Program-made: the position numbers and the translations under genes
Shown here: piece after piece, positions 23,701 to 34,000 of the stretch
How positions within the stretch are numbered: position 1 is the stretch's first letter
How the letters are laid out: each line of letters opens with the position of its first letter
NCBI GenBank assembly: GCA_965644315.1
Contig: CBFFRQ010000013.1
Location: 248,001-312,000, forward strand
Origin: Caecitellus pseudoparvulus
Lineage: Eukaryota; Protista; Bigyra: Bicosoecida
Direction: 5' to 3'
DNA: 64,000 nucleotides
The notes under the pieces: generated by a model
Databases searched by the model: none
The model's input: the letters and a program-made list of their open reading frames with translations, nothing else
Told to the model about the DNA's origin: nothing

Positions 23701-26700
23701 TAAGAGGTTGGTGAGTGCGGGTGTGGTGCGAGAGGACATCGCAGTCTTGTTGGCACGCAAAACGGAAAAGGGATGCACTTGGGTGGGGGAAAGGAGACAA
23801 TGGGCACTTACTCGAAGGTCGAACCTTTCGAACTGAAGGGGAAGGGGCTGGCTTGGGCGGGGTCTGCAGCTGTGGCGCTGTCCGCTCTTGCGGTGGCGGG
23901 ATCGACCGTGGGCTCTGAGCCACGCGGCGACGCTCTTCCAAAACGCGGCGAGCTGACCGGGATCGCTGCACAGCCTGAATGCGAGTCGCAGCCGCTTCTT
24001 GAGCTAAGCGAGACTTGCGCATCATGAAATGCGACCGTGCTCGCTTGCCTCGGTATCCAGACTGAATCCGGGTGGCAGCTGCTTCTTGTGCAAGGCGAGT
24101 CTTTCGGAACATGACATGCTGCCGTGCTCGTCGTCCCCTGAACACAGCTTGGATGCTGGTCGCAGCTTTTGCTTGCTTGGCAGAGCGCTGCCTGTTGAAG
24201 CCTTCCTTTCGACCAGCGAATCCTCTGTACACCGACTGCACACGAATCGCAGCCTCTTCTCGTGCATGATGGTCTGCCTTATCGTCCCCGGGATCAGTCT
24301 CGGAAGCCTTGACAATGACTGGAGCACCACGAGGTCCTGCCGGTGCACCACGAGGCCCAGCCGGTGCACTACGAGGTCCAGCCGGTGCGCTACGAGGCCC
24401 AGCCGGTGCACCACGAGGCCCAGCCGGTGCGCCACGAGGCCCAGCCGGTGCACCACGAGGCCCAGCCGGTGCACCATGAGGTCCAGCCGGTGCACCACGA
24501 GGTCCAGCCGGTGCGCTACGAGGCCCAGCCGGTGCACCACGAGGCCCAGCCGGTGCACCACGAGGCCCAGCCGGTGCACCACGAGGCCCAGCCGGTGCGC
24601 CACGAGGCCCAGCCGGTGCACCACGAGGCCCAGCCGGTGCACCACGAGGTCCAGCCAGTGCACCACGAGGTCCAGCCGGTGCGCTACGAGGCCCAGCCGG
24701 TGCACCACGAGGTCCAGCCGGTGCACCACGAGGTCCAGCCGGTGCACCACGAGGTCCAGCCGGTGCGCTACGAGGCCCAGCCGGTGCACCACGAGGCCCA
24801 GCCGGTGCGCCACGAGGCCCAGCCGGTGCACCACGAGGTCCAGCCGGTGCACCACGAGGTCCAGCCGGTGCACCACGAGGTCCAGCCGGTGCACCACGAG
24901 GTCCAGCCGGTGCGCTACGAGGCCCAGCCGGTGCACCATGAGGTCCAGCCGGTGCACCACGAGACCCAGCCGGTGCACCACGAGGTCCAGCCGGTGCACC
25001 ACGAGGTCCAGCTGGCATAGTGCCGGGCTGCTTCTGGACTTGAAGCTCAGCCCTTCGTTTGGCCATCGGGGCGTCCTTACGGACCGCACGGCCACGCTGA
25101 GCAGCCTGGATCTTGGCAGCGGCCCCATCCCTCGCCAACTGATGCTTCTTCTCTCGCTCTTCTGACATTGCGGCTGCTTGCTTTCTCGCAGCACGCCCTT
25201 TGTACACGGATTGGATGCGTGTCGCTGCTTGGGCTTCAGATTCCTGCCGGGCACGCGCCTGCTGCTTGGCAGCCTGCTCCGCCCGAACTCTGCGGCCTCG
25301 GTGCGTGGCTTGAATACGAGTAGCCGCTGCGTGTTGAGCAGCACTTTCCTGCTTTCGGCGCTGGAAGGTATGCCTTGCTTTTCGCCCCCGCTGCACAGCT
25401 TGGATGCGCGAAGCAGCTTCGTGCTCCTTGGCTGACACTGGTGCTTTGGCCTCCTTCACAGGCGGGGCAGGCTTCTTGCCTGGTGGCGGCGGGGAGAACT
25501 TGGAGCTTGGGCGGCGGGCAATTGAAGACCGCACTTGAGGAGATGGTTTATCCCGTACTGGAGGCGCAGGTTTTGTAGAGACCGGTGGTGGAGCTGGAGA
25601 ACCCCGTCCTCCAGCCTCTGGGGCTGCAGGCGGAGTCTTGGGCGGACCAGGCGGGCCCGACTTAGTTGCAGGCTTCGCTGGTGAATCTACCGACGCACCC
25701 GACCCACCCGGCGGAGGTGGCGCACCTGACCCGCCAGGCGGAGGTGGAGCACCTGACCCGCCAGGCGGAGGTGGCGCACCTGACCCGCCAGGCGGAGGTG
25801 GCGCACCTGACCCGCCAGGCGGAGGTGGCGCACCTGACCCGCCAGGCGGAGGTGGCGCACCTGACCCACCCGGCGGAGCCGGAGCACCTGACCCGTCAGG
25901 CGGAGGTGGAGCACCTGACCCGCCAGGCGGAGGTGGCGCACCTGACCCGCCAGGCGGAGCCGGAGCACCTGACCCGCCAGGCGGAGGTGGAGCACCTGAC
26001 CCGCCAGGCGGAGGTGGCGCACCTGACCCACCCGGCGGAGCGGGAGCACCTGACCCGCCAGGTGGAGGTGGCGCACCTGACCCACCCGGCGGAGGTGGAG
26101 CACTTGACCCGTCAGGCGGAGGTGGCGCACCTGACCCGCCAGGCGGAGGTGGCGCACCTGACCCACCCGGTGGAGCCGGAGCACCTGACCCGCCAGGTGG
26201 AGGTGGAGCACCTGACCCGCCAGGCGGAGCGGGCGCACCTGACCCACCCGGCGGAGGTGGCGCACCTGACCCGCCAGGCGGAGGTGGCGCACCTGACCCG
26301 CCAGGCGGAGGTGGCGCACCTGACCCACCCGGCGGAGCGGGAGCACCTGACCCGCCAGGCGGAGGTGGCGCACCTGACCCACCCGGCGGAGCCGGAGCAC
26401 TTGACCCGCCAGGCGGAGGTGGAGCACCTGACCCGCCCGGCGGAGCGGGAGCACCTGACCCGCCAGGCGGAGGTGGCGCACCTGACCCACCCGGCGGAGC
26501 GGGAGCACCTGACCCGCCAGGTGGAGGTGGCGCACCTGACCCACCCGGCGGAGGTGGAGCACTTGACCCGTCAGGCGGAGGTGGCGCACCTGACCCGCCA
26601 GGCGGAGGTGGCGCACCTGACCCACCCGGTGGAGCCGGAGCACCTGACCCGCCAGGCGGAGGGGGTGCACCTGAGCCTTGGTCCTTTGATGGGGGAGGAG

Positions 26701-28878
26701 GTGGACCAGTACCTGAGCTCTCACTGCCCCCCGCTGGAAAAATGGCAGGGGGGTCAGATGACGGGCCGGGCGGGGGTGGGGGTGTGTCTTGCATGCCTGG
26801 TGGAGGCGGAGCGCTGCCTGGAGGGGGCGGCGCTGGGGCATTGCCCGGAGGTGGGGGAGCACTGAGCCCACCAGGCGAATGGGCCTGAGTGTCAACCATA
26901 GCAACAACAATTGGGTCTTGCAGAGCACAACATGCAGAAGCAGGAAGGGGGTCAGTGGGCAAAAGAATGAAGTGTGTGCCTAAGTACGTACCACTTTCTG
27001 TTTTGGTGTTGGGCGGAGCGGGCTTGATCAATCCTTCGTCAGGAGTCTTTAGGCTGTCTTCAAGCACGCTCATCATGCTGTCAGCTTTTGCTTTCCACTC
27101 CAACGAAGCTGCTGAGGGACCTGTAGATTTGGACGGTGCTTCACACTGGACACCTTTGTCTGATGACATCGCAGGCGATTGAGGTTGACGGGGCGTTTGA
27201 CTTGCTTTCGTTTCAGCGACAGCACTTGACGACTGGGCACTGTTCTGCTCCGCATGCGTTGGGCCGGACAGGGGCTGAGTGGCGAGTGCATCGCCAGGAC
27301 CAGGGGATTCGCTTGGCTTGCTCGCACGCCCGGTTCGCCTCTTCGGAACTTTGGCTTGCTTCTTCTTGCTCTTCGTCAGCCCTCCACCGCCGAGCAAGTG
27401 CTCCAGCGCAGCTGCCCGGCCAGAGATATCACCGGCCAGGCTCACTGTTTCCGATCTGCCAGCGGTTTTGTTCCCACCTGCAGCTGGCACAGTTGCGGCA
27501 TCTTGAGCGGGAGTTTGGGACTTTGGACCCTGTGGCTTCCCGTGTGAAGCGGTTGCCACCCCAGGCCTCGGCTGTTGCAAACCCATCGGCCGTGGGCGAG
27601 GTCCAGGCCGGGGTGCGGCTCCCACAGGGCGTGGGCGTGGTGTGGGGCGTGGAGCTGGCATCGTGGGTCTACCTGCCGGGCGTAGGGACGGTCGAGGTCG
27701 CGGCGGTGCGGGCCGTGGTCGTGGGCTGGCAGTTGGTCGTGGCGTGGAAGCAGGTCGAGGCCCAGGGCCAGAACGCGGGTCAGGCCGGGGTCTTGCACTC
27801 AGTGGCCTGGCCGAAGGCACTGGCCTTGGAAGAGCGCCGAGGATCGGCCTGGCCACCGCCGCCGTCGGTGGGCGGGGAGGGGGCAGTTTTGCGGCTGGGG
27901 GTGGCGGCGGGACCCCCTCCGGAAGTTCACCAATGATTGGAGACACAGCATCAGGCGCACTTCCTTCAGTAGGTGCATCTTTGGAGTCTGCAGGTGTGGG
28001 AGTCGCTGCGTTGGACCTAGGCGGCGGTGGCGGAACCCCTTCTGGCAAGCCCAATGCCAAGCCATCACCGGACCCGGGTGCAGGGGACACACCCGAGGAT
28101 CTCGGCGGAGGCGGCGGTACGCCTTCTGGTAGCGCGTTGGGTGCCTGTGCAGTTTCAGGAACCACTTGTTGCTGGCTGCCGGGAATCGTGCGCGGTGGCG
28201 GCAAAGGCACACCCTCCGGCAAGCCGAGCATGGAAGTGTTGCCCAGCATTGTGGGAGGGTCATCCAATGCTGGAGGTCCTTGAGGAGTGCCATGAAGCGA
28301 TGCAGCGCCGCTTGCATGGCCAGAGCTGTGAGTGCTGCCGTTGACTGCGCAGCGCGCGGGACAAGCAAGTGGCAGCGTGAAACGCAAGACTCGCCAGAGC
28401 ACCGCTGAATGACCGGGCGCATGGACCTTTGGCGCTGCAACAAGCACACAATGGGCATAACATGCACGACACGCTTGTGTCCACACAAGGCAGCAGGACG
28501 TGCGCTGCTTTCAGGCGCTCGGTGTGTGCCTGCTGTACCGCGACGTTTCACGCTGGCTTACCTGCGAGAGATTTGCCGCCAGGGCGTGGTCGCGGGGCAG
28601 AGAGGGGCAGCTCCTCGTCCGGCGGACCAATGGGGCTCTCTCGTCCATCCATCTCAGTCTGGCCTTCCTCCTGCCGGCTCGCGCAGCGATGGCTCTGCTG
28701 CAGTGTGGATTGCAGTTCGGAGCTGCAAGGTGCAGTGCACTCCTCGACGATAAGCACTTGCCGGGGCTAGAGGCAACGGTGGGCTGGGTGTGCCACCCGC
28801 GGTACGCGCGTAGCGAAGGTGATCAGCCTGGCAAGCACCGTGTGTTTTGGGCAGCCGCGGTTGTTTGCCACTGGCCAT
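17782..28878 (-). CDS. Giant (~3500 aa) Pro/Gly-rich protein with 13 IQ motifs, three tandem-repeat arrays, three copies of an unassigned ~90-aa domain and a C2-like domain
   Basis: Minus-strand GT-AG introns at 23688-23811, 18557-18629 and 18360-18454 join the 1603-aa, 1718-aa and 205-aa ORFs in frame. IQ motifs of type AATRIQAVQRGKSAR. 5' exons above ~28350 are uncertain. Confidence 0.75.
21537..22030 (-). repeat. Coding 21-bp minisatellite, ~23 copies, encoding (APAGPRG)n
   Basis: Plus-strand unit ccacgaggcccagccggtgca with a few recurrent variants. Confidence 0.95.
24325..25014 (-). repeat. Second array of the same 21-bp minisatellite, ~33 copies, encoding (APAGPRG)n
   Basis: Same unit and same variant positions as the 21537-22030 array. 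Confidence 0.95.
25698..26672 (-). repeat. Coding 27-bp minisatellite, ~36 copies, encoding (GGSGAPPPP)n
   Basis: Plus-strand unit gcacctgacccgccaggcggaggtggc with variants. Confidence 0.95.
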
Positions 28879-29235
28879 TCGGTGCATCCCTCTTGCTGTG
28901 TTTAGCGGCAGGACTGATGGGCTGTACTCAGAAGCAAGCACAGTGCCCGGCTCAAGTAAGATCAAGTGTATCTAGATAAACACTGTCTTGCCCAATGCGC
29001 AGCTCCCTTGTGGCCCCTTGACGTGCTCCACTGCACAGTGTTCGCCCACTAGCTGCGGCGTGTCGAGGAGCATCCAATTTCCGCTCCTCAGTCCACACAA
29101 TTTCTTCGGAGTCCAGGGCTAGAAACCTGGTGACGAACGGCAGTACACGGACCAGGATCGAGAACACCCGTGTCACCATCTCACTGACCCACAGAGACTC
29201 CCTGGTGCTGCAAACTGGGATTCCGCCCTGACGTC

Positions 29236-30741
29236 ATGGCAAGCATGGCTGCGGAACCGGCTGCCGGTCCGGGCGCATCAAGGGTGCTCTGCCTGCCTGA
29301 GCGGTGCCTCACGAAGGTGCTTGATTTCATGACCCCCATTGAGCTGGCCCGTTGCCAGCGGGCCTGCACGGCGTGGAGGGAGGCTGCCAGCGACGAAGGG
29401 CTGTGGCGGGCTCACGTAAAGGCGTGTGTGAGGGTGAATACCAGCACCAGGACAGTCGAGGCTGTGCGTGCTCGAGCAGCCAAGGGAAAGTCTTGGAGAA
29501 AGGCATTTCCAAGCACACCAAGGCTCCTCCATGATGGCTTCTTCGTCCTGGAGCAACAGTACTACAGCCCTGCGTACAACGACCTGTGGCACAAGACAGA
29601 CGAGGCGTACCTGCGCATCATCTTCCAGCGGGTGTGGTGGTTTTTCCCCGATGGGACGCTGCTGTATCTGATGAAGCCGGGAGATGAGGTGTCAGTGTGC
29701 CGTGCGCTGCGTCGGGGCGCTGCGGAGGCCAGTGCGACCAGCCACGGAGTGAAGCGTCTGAGCATGATGCGAGTGCACGAAGCGTTTTGGGCATCCCGCC
29801 GAGGACCTGACGCACGCTCCTTACTGTGGGTCATGGCTCGCGAGGATGGTGCTGACGAGTCCACCCTCGCGCTGCTTGCAAGTGTCTTCGAGCCTCCACA
29901 GCCGGGGCTTGCTGGCGCCGCGCACAGTTCTGCGGGGCCAACCACCCTCCCTGCAGAAACGCAGGGCGCTCCTACGCATGACACTGCTGAGCCACTGGAG
30001 CCGTGGCAGGTGCAGCGCAGCATTTGGCTGGGCGGTGACATGTACGCTTCGCCAGCGGAGTTGGGCGTGACGTCCCGCGAAGGCTTGGCGTCCATCGTGC
30101 CGCCGCCGGCGCCAGGCGGTGAGTCAGCAGTCCCACCAGCCCTGCCTCACGGTCCTGCCATGAGCGGGGGGTCGGGCCCCAATGCGGGATCAGGTGTGGC
30201 GGAGGCGTGGAAAGCGTTTGCACTGGCGGCCGCGCGGGGTCCGGCTCCCGGCACTGCACCTTCTCCTGAAGGTGCTGAGCAGGCCTCTGCGCTTCGAGTT
30301 GGTGGAGGAGTGGGTGGGGCCGCTGCTGGGCGTGAGGACCCCGCCGGCAGGCCCGCTGCCCGGCGTGGGCGAGCCCGGGGTGGCAAGCGCGGGGGCGCTG
30401 CAGTCGGAACAGAAGGTGTGGGGGGGCAGAATGAGAGCAGAATAAGCTTTGGTGTATGGGAGCTGCACGGCAGTGAAGTGTGCTGCACGATCGAAGTGCC
30501 CAACACTGCCCGCCCAGGAGCCCCTGCACATGTGTGTGCTTGGCGCCTCGGCTTGGGCAGCGGCGGAGAAGCTGATGGCTGTGCGAGGCTGACAATTCTT
30601 GAGCAAAGTATTGTCGAGGCAACTGCGGATGCAGAGTTGGGGGCAGATCCATCTCGACCTCGCCGGTTGAACACGATCGAAGGCGAAGAACTGCATTTCG
30701 TGGCGAATGCTCGGCGGGTGGGGACCGCGCGTCCAAGGTAG
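29236..30741 (+). CDS. F-box protein, FBXO9/Hrt3/Pof7-like
   Basis: F-box LPERCLTKVLDFM...ACTAWREAASDEGLWR; FBXO9-like PRLLHDGFFV...RVWWFFPDGTLLYL. Confidence 0.8.
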   Translation: MASMAAEPAAGPGASRVLCLPERCLTKVLDFMTPIELARCQRACTAWREAASDEGLWRAHVKACVRVNTSTRTVEAVRARAAKGKSWRKAFPSTPRLLHDGFFVLEQQYYSPAYNDLWHKTDEAYLRIIFQRVWWFFPDGTLLYLMKPGDEVSVCRALRRGAAEASATSHGVKRLSMMRVHEAFWASRRGPDARSLLWVMAREDGADESTLALLASVFEPPQPGLAGAAHSSAGPTTLPAETQGAPTHDTAEPLEPWQVQRSIWLGGDMYASPAELGVTSREGLASIVPPPAPGGESAVPPALPHGPAMSGGSGPNAGSGVAEAWKAFALAAARGPAPGTAPSPEGAEQASALRVGGGVGGAAAGREDPAGRPAARRGRARGGKRGGAAVGTEGVGGQNESRISFGVWELHGSEVCCTIEVPNTARPGAPAHVCAWRLGLGSGGEADGCARLTILEQSIVEATADAELGADPSRPRRLNTIEGEELHFVANARRVGTARPR

Positions 30742-31081
30742 CCCGGACTCATGACGGATTTGAATGAGTAGGGTGCATGTGCAGTGGTCCCATTGCTCCT
30801 CCACTTGGCAAGCACGGGCCGCCCCTGAGCAGCGCCTGAGTGAGATTTTCGGCCGGGGGGCAAGCCTGTGTCAAGGGGGGGTCGGGGGCCATTTGGGCAC
30901 ATCGCCCTGAGTTTGACCATCAGACAGGGAAGGTCAATTCAATGCATCACCCTGCACACCAAGCAGAGCGATGGTATGCGCCTTCTTGTACCCCCGTGTG
31001 CCCCCGCGCGAAAGTGCGGAACTTGCTAACGGCTGCGCCACGCTAAGTGACAGCCGCGGGAGCTGAAGCCTGGGCGTCGAC

Positions 31082-34000
31082 ATGGCTGACTCTGACTGCT
31101 ACGATGAGCCCGTAGGCCGTCTGTTCATCGTGAAGGACGACGACACGGATGGGAGTGCCTTTCCAGTGTTCGACGGGGAGATCATGATCGGGCGGTACGG
31201 CTGCCGAGGCTTTCCACGGAGCTTGACAAGCGAGCATGACACCGTCTCCTCCATGCACAGAGCGACGGATTGTGAAATCCGCATTCGCAAACCCATGGTC
31301 TCCAAGCGACATGCCCTTCTGAGCGTGGAAGGCGACCAGGTGAGCCCCGCGTGCACAGGGGCAGTGCCGCGCCGACAAGTGACACAAGCCGCCCCTCTGA
31401 CACGCGCGCAGGTGTACATCCACAACTTCTCCAAGCACAACCGCACTGCTGTAAACAAGCGTCTTGTCACTACATCAAGGAGGCTGAAGCACCAGGACAA
31501 AATTTACATCCACGACCGGGTTTTTCGCTTCGAATATGGTGAGGCAGAGAGTGCCACGGCAACTTCCGCACCTAACGCATGCCAACCTCAAGGTGCATTC
31601 TCCCCATTACGTGTGTGCGCAGCCCCTGAGTTGATCAACGCGAAGTCACCTGGGGTACGAATTTCTTCCCCTGTCCCTGCATGCGATGAGAGCACCTCAC
31701 TGTTTCCCCTCTGCTGCTTGCAGTTGTCTGGCAAGTCCGTTCAGTGGCCTGGAAGCGTTGAGGGAGGTGACGAGACCCAGGTCTTGGACGCAAGCCTCGT
31801 GCAAAGCGTGCTCGGCGACAGCACCAACGCAGGCGCATCTGCCACGAAGAAAAAGCAGCCCCCTGCTTCCGCCATGGAGACGGTGGTGGAGGAAACGGCA
31901 GCGCCAGCAGGCATGCCAACGCCCCTGCGTCGGGAGATCCAAGCACGACGCAAGAGCACAGGCGAGAAAGCAAAGCAGGGGAAGGGACTGCCAACGCCAA
32001 TCCGTGCTCAGATCAACGCCCGCCGCCAGAGTGCGGGATCTTCCATGGCCGCTGTGGAGGCGCCAGCAGAGTCAGCTGAGAAGGCCATCGCCGCCCTCCC
32101 CACACCGTTGCGCAAGGCGATCCAGGCCCGGCGCAAGAGCACTGGCGGCAAGCAGCCTGCCGCCAAGGGCCTGCCCACTCCTCTCCGGGCAGACATTCAA
32201 GCACGGCGCATCAGCTTCGGCTCCACGGCCCCTCAATCCGCTGCCAAGAGCACTCCAGGCCGAGCTGCGGTGTCTGCGGGGCGTGCCGCTTTGCCCACCC
32301 CCCTGCGCACAGCCATAAATGCGCGTCGTCAGAGCATGTCCACCCCGGAGGCGCAGCCTGCGTCCGCTGGTCGACAGGTGAGCCTCACACCCGCCAAGGA
32401 CGGCGAGGAGAAGCTCTCTGTCACGTTCACCGCCGCTTCGCCCGAGGTGAAGGCTGCCGCCATGGCTGCCCTGCCTACACCAATACGTTTTGCCATTAAC
32501 TCACGCCGCAAGAGCTATGGGAGTGTATCCCAGTCTCCTGCAGCGCCAGGCAGCGAGGCTGGTGTGGAGTCTGAGGAGGAGGATGTGTGCCTGGAGGCTG
32601 AAGCTGAGCAAGCTCACTCTGCCTTGCCCACTCCACTGCGGGCAGCCATCAACGCTCGTCGGGTGAGTGCTGCTACCCGGCGGTCTTCCGTCGGCACCGT
32701 GGGGGCAGCGACACCCGGTACGACCGTCACTTCACACGCTGCGCCGTCCACTGGCAAGTCAAAGTACGCCGCGGCTGCAGCTATGTTCGACCATGCTGAT
32801 GCCGAGGCTGCAGCGGCGGAGGAGGATGCGGCCGCTGATGTCGCGTTTGCAGGGGCACGTGCGCTGCTCATGACCCCTGGCACCGTCAAGTCCCGGCGAG
32901 AGAGCGCCGTGTCAGTGCCAGCGTCCGTGTATGCATATGCTGCCGAGCTCATGACCGAGGGCGAGGACGCGTGGCTGGGTGACGTAGTGGAGACTGAGAC
33001 GGTGGAGACCCAGCACGGCAACGTGCACTTGTTCTTCGACATGAACGGCGAAATTCTCAAGAGCCTCGTGGAGCCGCTGGAGGCGGGCAAGGCCGGTGAC
33101 GTGCAACCCGCCCTCCACACAGTTTTCGATGCAGATGGCAATGAGGTGGCCACACGCGCCGTCTACGAGGATGACTTCGCCTTGCCGGCTGAGGCAGATG
33201 ATGCAGCTCTCGAGGCAGAGGAGGAGGAAGCCGAGGAAGCAGATGGCGAGTACCTTGCGGAGGGAGACGACGTCGCGGACGAGTGGGGTGCCGATGCCGA
33301 GGAGGAGTGGGTGGCCGCTAGCGAGGAAGGGGACGTTGAGTTCAAGTCGCGGTACGCGGCTCGCCGCAGCATGGGCCTTGGCGACGGTGAGGGGCGCCCG
33401 AACCAGCGCATGACCTTCTCAACTGCGGCCGAAGTGCTGTCCAGCACTACGCCAGGCTCAGTCAGGTCTCGTAAGAGCCGCCGCACCTCCACCTCCTCGA
33501 CCCCAGGGCAGCCTGCTGGCGCGACAGCGTTGGCGTCCCCAAGCCCCGCTTTCATCGATGCTGTGGAAGCGGCTGATGAGGCCTTTGCGGCTGCATCCGC
33601 CGTGTCCAGCCGGCACAGCATGGGCAGCACGACCTCTCAGGGCAGCGTGAAGCGCCCTCGATCCAGCATGGGCAGTGCGCCCGGCACTGCAGAGAAGGCT
33701 GCCCCTGCAGTGGAGGCAGACGCTGGAGAGTGGGAGGCGGAGCTGCGAGCAGCTGAAGAAGGCGTCGACGAAGATGACGCTCAAGCGGAGGCAGCGACGC
33801 TGGACGCAACGTCCGAGCAAACCCTTGGCCCAGCGCTGTCCTCGGTGGCTGTTGACGATGCCGCCGATATTGAAGCTGGTGCAGAGGAAGATGCAGTGCT
33901 GGAGGAGTCAGAAACCCGTGTCGGTGACGACGCCTTCGAGGCAGGTGAGCTTGCCGAGGAGGAAGAGGAGGAGGACTACTTTGGGCGGCAAGAGTTCAAC

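Noticed and set aside
21537-26672. Possible CRISPR array or collagen
   Set aside because: Head-to-tail units with no unique spacers and no cas genes; 7- and 9-residue periods do not keep a continuous Gly-X-Y register.
21318-26928. Long alternative-frame and antisense ORFs over the minisatellites (HHEAQPV, LVVHRLG, TRPSRC, GGGGAPDPP, HLTRQAEV repeats)
   Set aside because: They arise because the 21- and 27-bp units are stop-free in several frames; only the frame continuous with the IQ motifs is supported.
28952-29179. 75-aa minus-strand ORF upstream of the IQ giant
   Set aside because: No motif and no clear splice link; it lies in the divergent promoter region.
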